A DNA stretch of 64,000 nt from Candidatus Ventricola sp. (lineage in GTDB: Bacteria > Bacillota > Clostridia > Christensenellales > Aristaeellaceae): the NCBI GenBank assembly GCA_051883755.1, contig JBJEUI010000218.1, positions 13,430 to 77,429 of the forward strand. The letters run 5' to 3'. The notes below the pieces were generated by a model that did no database searches, had not been told where the DNA came from, and saw only the letters and a list, made by a program, of their open reading frames with translations. The first letter of the stretch is position 1, and each line of letters starts with the position of its first letter. The translations under genes and the position numbers were made by a program. Of this stretch, positions 28,201 through 36,843 are shown one piece after another.

Positions 28201-28247
28201 TCGGCGAAGTACGCGGGGGAGCTCAGTTTGCTGTAATCAAATGCCAT
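25212..28247 (-). CDS. Beta-galactosidase, glycoside hydrolase family 2
   Basis: About 1010 aa with LacZ-like domain order. Contains RTSHYPN, NHACILMWSCGNES and ILCEYTHSMGNS. ATG 28247 (MAFDYSKL...) was chosen. Confidence 0.95.
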   Translation of the reverse strand: MAFDYSKLSSPAYFAENRVPAHSDHISYASRAEWAAGETSLRFSLNGLWKFHHARNFAQTIDGFESPAYDCRGWADIPVPAHIQMEGYGTPQYCNVQYPWDGMEDIEVGEIPEDFNPVASYCKTFFLPEAFDGKRVFVSFQGAESCVIVWLNGHYVGFSSDSFTPSDFELTPYLVPGENKLCCQVVRWCSGSWIEDQDFMRFSGLFRDVFLYAAPDVHMQDIRVKTLLDDRYTDAVLEVTVRLSARDALRGRLCLALKDADTVVMSEQDADAEVIFSLPVPAPRLWSAEAPNLYDLELTLLGENGQETEFVCEKVGFRRFEIVDSVMRLNGQRIVFKGVDRHDFCAESGRAVPEWKVRRDLITMKRNNINAIRTSHYPNTSCLYRIADELGLYVIDENNMETHGVWDMVYSGQKPKEYLLPGDRMDWLDILLDRVNSTYQRDKNHACILMWSCGNESAGGKVIDAMADRFRALDDTRITHYEGAYRVPSYPQESDVVSTMYIPVVKIREYLKAHRDKPYILCEYTHSMGNSNGAMHKYTEYAYEEPLFQGGFIWDYLDQSIRMKNRFGDVRFGYGGDFGERPNDGNFSGNGILFGDGSESPKVQEVKYNYQNIVCDVTERSVVIHNRHMFLNTAAFDCIVTLARDGVEIARAPLRTAVAPLQKRRYMLPFAPQTRGGEYTVTISFTLREDTAWAPRGHEIAFGQGVWTVAGEAVRPQHAPLRIVRGAKNLGVHGEHFSVLFSYQQNGLVSYKFGGVEMLRSIPVPNFWRAPTDNDRGNRMPARYGQWKLASMYCNLRNPSFAGRPEVTEPGDGTVSIRFTYLLPTTPQAVCDVTYTVHPSGTVDATLLYDPVKGLGDMPEFGMMLKLDADYDRIRWYGMGPQECYCDRSEGAKLGVWHTTARDNLTPYLVPQECGNRTGVRWAEVTDMRGRGLRFTGKGMEFSALPYTPHELECADHPDELPPIHYTVIRAALRQMGVAGDDSWGARTHDEYLIPVKKPLTFTFSFCGIIA

Positions 28248-28352
28248 ACACAGGACCTCACTGTCAGAATATGCTGTATAGTACATTCGACAGGCGCAAA
28301 AAAACTCCCCCGCCGGAGCGGGGGAGAATGGAAATTTTGTGATGCAAACCGA

Positions 28353-29177
28353 TTATTTCACCGCGCCCGCGACGCCGTTGGTGAAACTCTTCTGCAGGAT
28401 GAAGAAGATGATGACCGTCGGCAGGGAGCACAGGGTGACGCCCGCCATGACAACACCGTAGTCGATGACGTAGCCGCCCATCAGGTTGGAAACGAGCATC
28501 GGCATGGTGGTCGCATCCGGGGTCTGCATGATGACCTTCGGCCAGAGGTAGGAGTTCCAGGCGTTCATGAAGGTGATGGTGGCAGCAGACGCGTAGGTCG
28601 GCTTCATCATCGGGATGAACATCTTGATGAAGATCTGGAACTCGTTCAGGCCGTCGATGCGCGCAGCCTCGATCGTATCCTTCGGGAAGGTACGCGCGCT
28701 GTTGCGGAAGTACATGATGAGGAACGGCGTGGACAGGCTCGGCAGGAAGAAGCCGACCCAGCTGTTGAGCAGGCCCACCTTGGAGAACATCTGGAACAGC
28801 GGAACCAGCACCGCGACGAACGGCACCATCATGGCCAGCATCAGGATGCTCATCACGCGGTCCTTGTACTTGTCGTGGTAGATCTCGAAGCCGTAGCCCG
28901 CGATGGAGGAGACGGCCAGAGACAGCACAACCTGGAGCAGCGTGGTGGCGAAGGAGTTCTTCATCGCGCGCCAGACATTCTGCTGCGCGAACAGGTTGGT
29001 CAGGTTCTCCATCAGGTGCGTGCTGGGGATCATGCGGCCGCCCAGAATCTGCTGGGTGTTGTTGCACGAGGAGATGAACGCCCAGTACAGCGGGAAGACG
29101 GAAATAAACGACGCGACGATCAGGAACGCATACATGCAGAAACGGGAAACCTTCTTGGACAGAGCGCCTTCTCTCAT
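28353..29177 (-). CDS. Carbohydrate ABC transporter permease (BPD_transp_1)
   Basis: 274 aa and six hydrophobic segments. EAA-loop-like segment EAARIDGLNEFQIFIKMFIPMMKP. Confidence 0.9.
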   Translation of the reverse strand: MREGALSKKVSRFCMYAFLIVASFISVFPLYWAFISSCNNTQQILGGRMIPSTHLMENLTNLFAQQNVWRAMKNSFATTLLQVVLSLAVSSIAGYGFEIYHDKYKDRVMSILMLAMMVPFVAVLVPLFQMFSKVGLLNSWVGFFLPSLSTPFLIMYFRNSARTFPKDTIEAARIDGLNEFQIFIKMFIPMMKPTYASAATITFMNAWNSYLWPKVIMQTPDATTMPMLVSNLMGGYVIDYGVVMAGVTLCSLPTVIIFFILQKSFTNGVAGAVK

Positions 29178-30091
29178 CGCTTGTCACCCACTTTCGTCTG
29201 GATCGCGGACAGCACCGCAACCATAATCAGGATCACGAAGGACATCGCAGCCGCGTAGCCGAAGTTCGGGTTCTTCGTGAACATCGTGTTGTAGATATAG
29301 TGCGACATGGTAATGGTCATGTTCGCCGGGCCGCCGCGCGTCAGGTTGACCGACTCGTCGAACAGCTGCAGCGTGCCGTTGGTGGACATGATGGCCGTCA
29401 CCAGGATGATCGGCTTGAGCAGCGGGATCGTGATGTTGATCAGCTGACGGAACTGGTTCGCGCCGTCAATGCGCGCCGCTTCGTAGATCGAGTAATCGAT
29501 GCTCTGCATGCCGGAGAGGTAGAAGATCATGTTGTAGCCCGTCCAGCGCCAGACCAGACCGACGATGATGACGACCTTGGCATAGAACGGATCGTTCAGC
29601 CAGTTGATCGGCTCGGAGAGGATGCCGATGTTCGTCAGCAGGGCGTTGACCATGCCGTCGTAGGTGAACAGGGTACGGAAGATCATGGAGTATGCGACCA
29701 GACCGGTGGCGCAGGGGAGGAAGATGCAGGTACGGAACAGGCCGCGGAACTTCAGATCCTTGTTGTTGAGCAGGGTCGCGAAGATGACGGCCAGCACCAG
29801 CATGATCGGCACCTGGATGATCAGGTAGGTCAGGGTGTTCGTAACCGACTGGACGAACACCTTGTCGCTGAGCATGCGCTGGTAGTTGCGCCACAGCGGA
29901 TCGCAGTAGGTCAGGGCGGTCGGCAGGCCACGCTTGAGCGAGGTCAGGAACGCCTGAACCATCGGGTAGAAGCTGAAGATGACGATCAGCAGGGTCGCGG
30001 GGGTCAGAAAGGCCCATCCGGCCGCGCTCTGCTTGCGCTCCATGGTCCAGAAGCGGTGCTTCTTCTTGGGCGCGGGGGTCGCGTTGGTCAT
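29174..30091 (-). CDS. Carbohydrate ABC transporter permease
   Basis: EAARIDGANQFRQLINITIPLLKP. Overlaps the downstream permease by 4 nt. ATG 30091 (GAGGTG located 9 nt upstream) is preferred to GTG 30103. Confidence 0.9.
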   Translation of the reverse strand: MTNATPAPKKKHRFWTMERKQSAAGWAFLTPATLLIVIFSFYPMVQAFLTSLKRGLPTALTYCDPLWRNYQRMLSDKVFVQSVTNTLTYLIIQVPIMLVLAVIFATLLNNKDLKFRGLFRTCIFLPCATGLVAYSMIFRTLFTYDGMVNALLTNIGILSEPINWLNDPFYAKVVIIVGLVWRWTGYNMIFYLSGMQSIDYSIYEAARIDGANQFRQLINITIPLLKPIILVTAIMSTNGTLQLFDESVNLTRGGPANMTITMSHYIYNTMFTKNPNFGYAAAMSFVILIMVAVLSAIQTKVGDKR

Positions 30092-30258
30092 GGGATAATC
30101 CACCTCTCTTCATGGTGATGGCCCATGGTGAGACAGCACAACAGATTGGTCAAAAACACTCAATTCGTATGTGCTGTTTCACCATGGGAGAACTGCCGCT
30201 CCGGTTTCCCGGAGCGGCAGTTATCATGCGGCAAAACTGCTCGTGAACCGATGGGAGA

Positions 30259-31515
30259 TCAGAAGCCCATGGCGAAGTTCACGGTGTCCTCAGCGTTGGC
30301 CAGCTCGGTGTCGAGATCGCCGCCGTTGATGTAGTTGGTCAGCGCGGTGCCCAGAGCGTCGCGGGCGTCATAGTAGAACGCGCCGGTCTGGTTGGCCGGG
30401 ACATGCGCGGTGAACTCGACGATCTTCGCGAAGATCGCGTCGCCGTTGAAGTAGTCGTTGCCCGCGGTGTAGTTGGAGCCTTCCTTCGCGCCGGCCCAGG
30501 TGCCGATGGCAGAAGTGGTCGGGAGGATGGCGTTGTAGAAGTCAACATTGCGATAGGCCTGCATGAAGTCAAGCGCCAGATCGATGTCGGTGCCGTTGGT
30601 GAAGACCCAGGAGGAACCGCCGTTGTTGGAGTAGTTGGTCGCGGTCTCAAAGCCGGTCATCTTCGGCATGTTGGTCAGCGCCCACTTGCCGGCCTGATCC
30701 GGAACGCCCATGACGGTGCCCAGGATCCAGCAGCCGTTGATCGCGCTGCCGGCAGTGCCGTTGGAGAAGGTGCCGCAGTACTCGTCCCAGGTGTTGACCT
30801 CGACGAGGACGCCTTCAAGCGCCATGGTCTTGTAGATCTCAAGCGCGGCCTTGCAGACTTCGTTGTTGGTGAAGTTGACGGAGCCGTCCTCGTTGAACAT
30901 GGACGCGCCGCAGGACTGGAGCATCATGCAGATGGTATCGACGGAGCCGGCCTGAGCGGTGAGCAGCGGCTTGCCGGTCTTGGCCTTGACGTCCTTGCCG
31001 ATCTCGATGAAGCGATCCCAGGTGATGTCGGTCACGTCATCGATGGTGTAGCCCGCCGCCTCGAGGTAATCGGTGCGGTAAGCGCCCACGACGGTGCCCG
31101 CGTCGAACGGCACGCCGTAGTTCTTGCCGTCCACGATGGAGTACGCCAGCTTGCCCTCGGCGAAGCCGTCAAAGTCGTACTTGCCGGTGATGTCGGCATA
31201 GACGGACGGGTAGTTCAGGATGAACTTCTGCGCGGAGTTGTCCTGGATGAGCATGATGTCCGGCAGGTTGGAGATGTCGCCGGCGGAAGCCGCGGTGATG
31301 ACGCGGGTCTCGATGTCCTCGGAGAGAACCTCTTCGATGACGATCTCAACGTCCGGATGCTCCGCGTTGTACATGTCCTTCGCGACCTTCATCGCGGCGA
31401 TGTTGAAGTTCGGGTCCCAGGTCCAGATGGTGATCTTGCCGTCCTCGGCAGCCAGCGCGGCGCCGCAGGAGACGATGATCGTCAGGGCCAGGAGCAGGGA
31501 AACAAGCTTTTTCAT
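30259..31515 (-). CDS. Sugar ABC transporter extracellular solute-binding protein
   Basis: Signal peptide MKKLVSLLLALTIIVSCGAALA has a lipobox-like IVSC. The fold is family-1 SBP. ATG 31515 follows GAGGAGG. Confidence 0.9.
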   Translation of the reverse strand: MKKLVSLLLALTIIVSCGAALAAEDGKITIWTWDPNFNIAAMKVAKDMYNAEHPDVEIVIEEVLSEDIETRVITAASAGDISNLPDIMLIQDNSAQKFILNYPSVYADITGKYDFDGFAEGKLAYSIVDGKNYGVPFDAGTVVGAYRTDYLEAAGYTIDDVTDITWDRFIEIGKDVKAKTGKPLLTAQAGSVDTICMMLQSCGASMFNEDGSVNFTNNEVCKAALEIYKTMALEGVLVEVNTWDEYCGTFSNGTAGSAINGCWILGTVMGVPDQAGKWALTNMPKMTGFETATNYSNNGGSSWVFTNGTDIDLALDFMQAYRNVDFYNAILPTTSAIGTWAGAKEGSNYTAGNDYFNGDAIFAKIVEFTAHVPANQTGAFYYDARDALGTALTNYINGGDLDTELANAEDTVNFAMGF

Positions 31516-31579
31516 GGTGGTTTTCCTCCTCATGATGTTTGTTCAGTTCAGCCAAGTTCGAGGCCGAATTGTTGGTATC

Positions 31580-31588
31580 ATTATAGCA
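31580..31588 (-). promoter_or_regulatory. Extended -10 element (TGCTATAAT) for the sugar ABC/GH2 operon
   Basis: The minus strand reads GCATGCTATAAT. The -35 is poor, as expected for an activator (AraC)-dependent promoter. Confidence 0.45.
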
Positions 31589-31676
31589 TGCAAAAACACC
31601 GCTTTGTGCGCAGAATCGATCCAAATATGAGCAAAAACGCTCATTCTTGTCCCGGATGCGCACAAAACGGTGTGCT

Positions 31677-32597
31677 TTATTTGTTCAAACGGCTGCGCCG
31701 CCAGTCGCTGGGGTTCTGCCCCGCATATTGTTTGAAATTCCTGTTGAAGGCGGCGATGGAGGCATAGCCCGCGCGCACGGCGATGTTTTGGATGGAGTCG
31801 GACGTGGTGCGCAGCAGGTTCATCGCGCGGTGCACGCGGTAGCGGTTGACGTGCTCCATGGGGCTCATGCCCATGATCCTTGCAAACTGCTTGCGGAAGT
31901 AGCTTTCGCTCATCGAGCAGGTGCGCGCCAGCGTGCTGACCCGGATGTCTTCCTTATAGTGATCGCAGATGTAGGCCAGCGCGGGCTCGATGGGCTGGCG
32001 CTGGTGACGGTCAACCGGCTCGCCGGGGGTCAGCAGCGGCGTGCGGCTGCGCTGGCGCGCGATTTCAAGCAGCAGCAGGTACACGCACAGCTCGATCTGC
32101 CGCTCTGCGTCCGCGTCGCCCTGGCGGTTCAGATCATACATCAGCTTGACAATGCTGTCCAGCGCGCTGTCCGCGCTGCTCTCCAGGAACAATCCGGTCT
32201 CACGGATATCGTCCATCAGCGCGAGAATCTCGCCGCGGAAGCGGTCGGGCGTGCTGCGCTGGATATAATCGTCGCTGATGACCAGATAGCGCCAGTGCGT
32301 CAGCGGCTCGCCCTCGTTCTGCTGATTGTGGTAGACGCCGCGCGGCGCGACGATGACCGAGCCGGCGGAAAAGCGCCATCCCCTGTCATGCAGGAACACC
32401 TGCCCGCTGCCTGCCAGGCAGATGCCGATTTCGAGGCAGTTGTGGACATGCAGGCTGTCGGGCATGTAGGGCGGGTAATACGGCGTATCAAGCATCGTCA
32501 CCAGCAGGCTGTTCTCCACGGGGGGATAGCTGCGGTACTCGCAGCTGAGCGGCTCTTCCAGCTGACGGCGCAGCTCGGCTTCAGATGAGGTTGGCAT
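31677..32597 (-). CDS. AraC-family transcriptional regulator (cupin sensor plus HTH_18)
   Basis: Cupin-like segment LHVHNCLEIGICLAGSG. C-terminal HTH segment LARTCSMSESYFRKQFARIMGMSPMEHVNRYRVHRAMNLL. ATG 32597 was chosen. The 87-codon upstream extension overlaps the neighbouring gene. Confidence 0.85.
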   Translation of the reverse strand: MPTSSEAELRRQLEEPLSCEYRSYPPVENSLLVTMLDTPYYPPYMPDSLHVHNCLEIGICLAGSGQVFLHDRGWRFSAGSVIVAPRGVYHNQQNEGEPLTHWRYLVISDDYIQRSTPDRFRGEILALMDDIRETGLFLESSADSALDSIVKLMYDLNRQGDADAERQIELCVYLLLLEIARQRSRTPLLTPGEPVDRHQRQPIEPALAYICDHYKEDIRVSTLARTCSMSESYFRKQFARIMGMSPMEHVNRYRVHRAMNLLRTTSDSIQNIAVRAGYASIAAFNRNFKQYAGQNPSDWRRSRLNK

Positions 32598-33153
32598 GGG
32601 TGAACACCTTTCCCGGGCAGAGCTGGCGCAGGCAGTGCAGCAGCTGGTTCGTCGGCTGCAGATAGATGCGCACAATATACCCGTCCTCCGGGCCGGAGCC
32701 GTGCGCGTAGAGCGCGCAGCTGGGCTTGTCCGGATCCTGCGCGGCGGTGTAGTAGGTGACGCGGTGCTTTTTGTCAGCGGCGGCAAAGGCATTTTCGCCC
32801 TGCTCGACCTCGGGGGTGAACTGGTCGGCGATGACGATGACGCGCTGCAGATCGACATAGGCGAATGCCTCGTTCACGGGCCTTGTGCGCGTGCCGCTCA
32901 GGCGGCGGATATGCAGGTCGTACCCGTCCAGCTGGTATTCGTAGCTGACGGAGATCACGCCCTTGTAGTACCAGGCGAAAAACAGCGTGCCCAGCGAGGG
33001 GAAGAGCATCAGTGTGCCCCACATGCTGCCCAGAAACGTGAAGATGGCGACGGAGACGTACATCAGCACGAGGATCACCTTGTTTGCCGTGGGAATTCTG
33101 CGGATGACGGTCTGACGGTAGGTGATGTCGGCGATTTGGGGATTCAGGGCCAT
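32581..33153 (-). CDS. Hypothetical membrane protein (two N-terminal TM helices plus a soluble domain)
   Basis: 190-aa ORF with host-like codon usage. TM segments VILVLMYVSVAIFTFLG and LMLFPSLGTLFFAWYY. Its 3' end overlaps the AraC start by 17 nt. Confidence 0.55.
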   Translation of the reverse strand: MALNPQIADITYRQTVIRRIPTANKVILVLMYVSVAIFTFLGSMWGTLMLFPSLGTLFFAWYYKGVISVSYEYQLDGYDLHIRRLSGTRTRPVNEAFAYVDLQRVIVIADQFTPEVEQGENAFAAADKKHRVTYYTAAQDPDKPSCALYAHGSGPEDGYIVRIYLQPTNQLLHCLRQLCPGKVFTHANLI

Positions 33154-33230
33154 GGGTGCGACCTCCTTGGGTAAAATCAGATTCGCTGATCTCCACTATA
33201 CCATATTCCGGCCAATTTGAAAACGAATTG

Positions 33231-33259
33231 TTGTACAATCGCGGACTGACCTGTATAAT
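33231..33259 (+). promoter_or_regulatory. Promoter of the GH20 gene
   Basis: TTGTAC (33231-33236), 17-nt spacer, TATAAT (33254-33259). Confidence 0.55.
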
Positions 33260-33297
33260 GAAGGAAACTATTCCCGTCAGTATTTGGAGGGCGAACC

Positions 33298-35106
33298 ATG
33301 TTTTCATCTGAATCGATTGAAAAGGCCCGCGCGCGCGCAGAGCGCGTGACGGGCGTGAAGCTTCCGTTTGCGGTGGACGTCGTGGCGGATGAGGGGCTTT
33401 GCGTGACGCTGGAGGGCGGCGCAGCCCGGATCGCAGCGGAGGACGAAAATGCGCTTGCGCGCGGCTTTTTCCTGCTGAGCCGCTGCGTGCGCGAGGGGAA
33501 GACGGCGATGTCCGTGCGCCAGAAGCGGCACTTTGCCTCCTGCGGCGCGATGGTGGACTGCTCGCGCGGCGCGGTGATGAAGCCGGAGGCCGTGCGCCGC
33601 TGCATCGATCAGCTCGCCTGCCTGGGCATGAACCTGCTGATGCTCTACACGGAGGACACCTACGAGGTACCGGAGTACCCGACGCTGGGCTATCTGCGCG
33701 GCCGCTATGCGCAGGATGATCTGCGGGCGCTGGACGCGTACGCAGCTGAGGCGGGCGTGGAGCTGGTGCCCTGTATCCAGACGCTGGGGCATATGCGCCA
33801 GTTCCTGCAGTGGCAGGACAACGCGGCGCTGCGCGACCAGATGGATATCCTGATGATCGACGACGAGCGGACGTATGCGTTCATCGAGGCGGAGATCCGC
33901 GCGATGCGCGCGTGCATGCGCACAGACCGCATCCATATCGGCATGGACGAGGCGCACGGCGTGGGCCTGGGGCAGTACCTGCTTGCTCATGGACAGACCG
34001 ACCGCTTTGCGCTGCTGAACCGGCATCTTGAGCGCGTGCGCGCCATCTGCGAAAGGTACGGCTTCAGGCCGATCATGTGGAGCGACATGTTCTTCCGCCT
34101 GGGCTCCAGAACCAACGATTATTATGACGTGGAGAGCGATATCCCGCAGCACGTCATCGACAGCATGCCGCCGGTCGACCTGTGCTACTGGGATTACTAC
34201 CACGAGGACGAGGCGTTCTACGACCACATGCTTGAGCAGCATGCGCGCATGGGCGGACGCACGGTGTTCGCCGGCGGCGTCTGGACGTGGAGCGGCTTTC
34301 TGCCCCAGGTCAAAAAGACTGAGGCGACCATGTTCCCGGCGCTGCGTGCCTGCGCGAAGCACCGCGTGGACACGGTGCTGGCGACGATGTGGGGCGACGA
34401 CGCGGCGGAAACCGACGTCTTCCTGGCCAGCGCGCTGCTGCCCGTCTTCTCGGAGAGCTGCTGGCAGGGCTGCGATTGTTCGCGCGAGGAGATGATCCTC
34501 GCGGGCGAGGCGCTCACCGGCATGCCGCGCGCGGCGCTTGACGCGATGGGCGCGTTCTATCCCAGCGAAAAGGACGTGCGCACGGGCAAGAGCCTGATCT
34601 GGTGCGACCCGCTGTATCCGCTGGAGATGACGGAGGACACGCCGGACGCGGCGATTGCGCGCAGCGAGGCGGCGCTGGACGTCCTGTCGGCGCAGGAGGA
34701 TCGTCTGGAGATCCGGTATGCGGCGGCGCTCTTTGAGATCGTGCGCGAGAAGGCGCGCTGGATGCGGGACCTGCGGGCGCGGTACGTCGCGGGCGACCGG
34801 GCCTGGCTGCGCGAGGCGGCGTTTGTCGCCGTGCCGCGCATGCTGCAAAAGTACGAGACGCTCCTGAAGCTGCACCGCGCGCTCTGGGAGCGGGACATGA
34901 AGCGCTTTGGCTGGGAGGTGCTCGCGCTGCGCTACGGCGCGGTGACGGGCCGCCTGCAGGATGCGGCCGATGAGATCAAGCGGTATCTGGCGGGCGAGCT
35001 GGAGGTCATCGAGGAGCTGGAGGAGACCCCGCTGCCCTCCGTGCGCGCCGTGCAGCATTTTGAGAATCTGGTCACGCCGTCGGCGATGATGGGCATGGGG
35101 TTCTGA
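33298..35106 (+). CDS. Beta-N-acetylhexosaminidase-like glycoside hydrolase (GH20 fold)
   Basis: 602 aa with a GGAGGG RBS. Contains MNLLMLYTEDTYEV, VPCIQTLGHM and IHIGMDEAHGVG (catalytic D-E pair region). Confidence 0.8.
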   Translation: MFSSESIEKARARAERVTGVKLPFAVDVVADEGLCVTLEGGAARIAAEDENALARGFFLLSRCVREGKTAMSVRQKRHFASCGAMVDCSRGAVMKPEAVRRCIDQLACLGMNLLMLYTEDTYEVPEYPTLGYLRGRYAQDDLRALDAYAAEAGVELVPCIQTLGHMRQFLQWQDNAALRDQMDILMIDDERTYAFIEAEIRAMRACMRTDRIHIGMDEAHGVGLGQYLLAHGQTDRFALLNRHLERVRAICERYGFRPIMWSDMFFRLGSRTNDYYDVESDIPQHVIDSMPPVDLCYWDYYHEDEAFYDHMLEQHARMGGRTVFAGGVWTWSGFLPQVKKTEATMFPALRACAKHRVDTVLATMWGDDAAETDVFLASALLPVFSESCWQGCDCSREEMILAGEALTGMPRAALDAMGAFYPSEKDVRTGKSLIWCDPLYPLEMTEDTPDAAIARSEAALDVLSAQEDRLEIRYAAALFEIVREKARWMRDLRARYVAGDRAWLREAAFVAVPRMLQKYETLLKLHRALWERDMKRFGWEVLALRYGAVTGRLQDAADEIKRYLAGELEVIEELEETPLPSVRAVQHFENLVTPSAMMGMGF

Positions 35107-35138
35107 TGCTGTTCCTCGTGAAATCAATAGAATAATCA

Positions 35139-35176
35139 GCGCGCCGAAAAGGTGAACCCTTTCGGCGCGTTTGTTT
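35139..35176. terminator. Bidirectional terminator between GH20 and the MATE gene
   Basis: GCGCGCCGAAAAGG-tgaa-CCCTTTCGGCGCG followed by TTTGTTT. Confidence 0.85.
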
Positions 35177-35190
35177 GGTATGAAATGGAA

Positions 35191-36480
35191 TCAGGCCCTC
35201 TGCACGGCCCTGACGCTGGCCAGCGACAGCACGCAGCACACGGCCTCTGTGGCGACGAAGGAGAGCCACACGCCGGTCACGCCGAGCAGATGGCTGAGCA
35301 GCAGCGCGGCGGGCACGAGCAGCACACAGCTGCGCAGCAGCGAGATCAGCAGCGCGCGCCTGGGACAGCCCACGGCGCTTAAGAGCGCGGCGGCAGCGAT
35401 GTTGACCCCGGCGAAGAGATAGCCGGTGAAGTAGACGCGCAGGCCGGAAACGGCGATGTGAAGCAGCTGCGCGTCGCCCTCGTGGTTGAACGCGCCGGCG
35501 AGCGGCTGCGCAAAGAGGAACACCAGCGCAAAGATGATCAGGCTCAGCGCGGTGACGGTGATGCGCGTATAGGAGAGCAGGCGGCGCATGGCCGCATGGT
35601 CATCTGCACCGAAGACCCGGCTGGCCAGCGGCTGGATGCCCTGACCCACGCCGGTGAAGATCGACGTGGCCACGAGCGCTGTGTTGGCGATCACGCCGTA
35701 GGCCGCCACGCCGATGTAGCCGCTCAGCCGCATGAGCAGCAGGTTGAACGTCAGCAGGGAGATGGCCGAGGCCAACTCGCCCACCAGCGCAGAGAGGCCG
35801 TAGGCCAGCAGGCGCAGCATCTCGCGCACGGCATACAGCCGGTGGGAAAGGCGCAGCGTGCAGCGCGGCTTGGAGAAGTGAACAAGCAGCACCGGCAGGC
35901 TCAGGCACGCGGACATCCCTGTGGCCAGGACCGCGCCGAACATGCCCATCCCCAGCGGAAACAGGAACAGGTAGTCCAGCGCGATGTTGAGCCCGCTGCT
36001 CACCAGCATGGAGAGCATGGCCAGATTCGGTGAGCCGTCGTTGCAGACAAAGCCGCGCAGCAGGCTGCACAGGATGTAGACCGGCGAAAAGAGCAGCGTC
36101 ATGCGGACGTAGGTCGTCGTCAGGGCGAGGGTCGCCTCGTCCGCGCCCAGCAGGCGGCTCAGCGGCCCGGCAAAAAAGACGCCGACGAGCACGAGCAGCA
36201 GGGAGATCGCGCCGGCGCCCAGCAGCGCTGTGGGCAGCGAGCGGTCTGCCTCCCGGCCCTCGGCCCTGCGCAGCGAGAAGTCCGTGCCGCCGCCCGCGCC
36301 GACCAGCTGCCCGATGCCTGTGACGACGCTGAAGACCGTGATGGCGAGATTGAGCGCGGCCAGACCGGACGCGCCCAGCGCCATGGAGACGAACAGCGTG
36401 TCTACGAGGATGTAGCACGACAGGCCGATCATGCCGGCGATGTTCTGGGCGACATAGCGCAGGAAGATTCTCTGGTTCAT
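35191..36480 (-). CDS. MATE-family efflux transporter
   Basis: ATG 36480 (MNQRIFLRYVAQNIAGMIG...). Twelve hydrophobic segments with MatE repeat architecture. Confidence 0.9.
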   Translation of the reverse strand: MNQRIFLRYVAQNIAGMIGLSCYILVDTLFVSMALGASGLAALNLAITVFSVVTGIGQLVGAGGGTDFSLRRAEGREADRSLPTALLGAGAISLLLVLVGVFFAGPLSRLLGADEATLALTTTYVRMTLLFSPVYILCSLLRGFVCNDGSPNLAMLSMLVSSGLNIALDYLFLFPLGMGMFGAVLATGMSACLSLPVLLVHFSKPRCTLRLSHRLYAVREMLRLLAYGLSALVGELASAISLLTFNLLLMRLSGYIGVAAYGVIANTALVATSIFTGVGQGIQPLASRVFGADDHAAMRRLLSYTRITVTALSLIIFALVFLFAQPLAGAFNHEGDAQLLHIAVSGLRVYFTGYLFAGVNIAAAALLSAVGCPRRALLISLLRSCVLLVPAALLLSHLLGVTGVWLSFVATEAVCCVLSLASVRAVQRA

Positions 36481-36515
36481 GAGCAGCACTCCTTGATGAA
36501 AAAATCGGGCTGTAG

Positions 36516-36595
36516 GCGCGAAGCGAAGAAGGGAGTCTGAGGGACGATGTCCCTCAGGCAGGGGTATGGGGGCGAAGCCCCCATCGTCTCCCAAC
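36516..36595. repeat. Two-hairpin intergenic repeat, copy B (variant second hairpin)
   Basis: GCGCGAAGCGAAGAAGGGAGT-CTGAGGGAC-gat-GTCCCTCAG-GCAGG, then ATGGGGGC-gaa-GCCCCCAT. It lies in the 5' region of the MATE gene. Confidence 0.85.
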
Positions 36596-36690
36596 GCGAA
36601 GCGCCATCAGCAGGAATCGCAGCGGAGCCGAAGGCGACTATTGCGATTCCTCCCCCTTTGCTTAAAACAGACCTGAATGGGCAACCTGCG

Positions 36691-36740
36691 AAAAAGCACC
36701 CGAAACACATCTGCAAAGACCTAACGATGTGTTCGGGTGC
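36691..36740 (-). terminator. Intrinsic terminator of proS
   Basis: The minus strand reads GCACCCGAACACATC...GATGTGTTTCGGGTGC followed by TTTTT. Confidence 0.85.
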
Positions 36741-36843
36741 CTGTTTTCTGAGATCATACGCACTCAGAATGCGCACCGCTGCCCGGTGGCAGCTATATTC
36801 TGTTCATGCCCGGCCTGCATGATGCAGACAGGTACGGCCTGCT

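Noticed and set aside
25281-29258. 1325-aa plus-strand ORF opposite the GH2 and permease genes
   Set aside because: It is a shadow ORF with the same Arg/Ala/Gly/His-rich composition. It overlaps two different genuine genes and an intergenic gap.
31677-32858. Full 393-aa version of the AraC ORF. Similar long N-terminal extensions occur at 6957-8024, 13292-14737, 36844-38844, 43810-45342, 21325-23364 and 50818-51879.
   Set aside because: The upstream extensions are Ser/Pro/Arg-rich and overlap neighbouring genes, leaders or terminators. An internal ATG with a good Shine-Dalgarno and a family-typical N-terminus exists in each case.
33304-35127. 607-aa minus-strand ORF opposite GH20. The same reasoning applies to 40366-41661, 41730-42791, 45203-46915, 48116-49822 and 55440-56810.
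   Set aside because: Each is antisense to a gene with clear family motifs and RBS. All show the same low-complexity composition.
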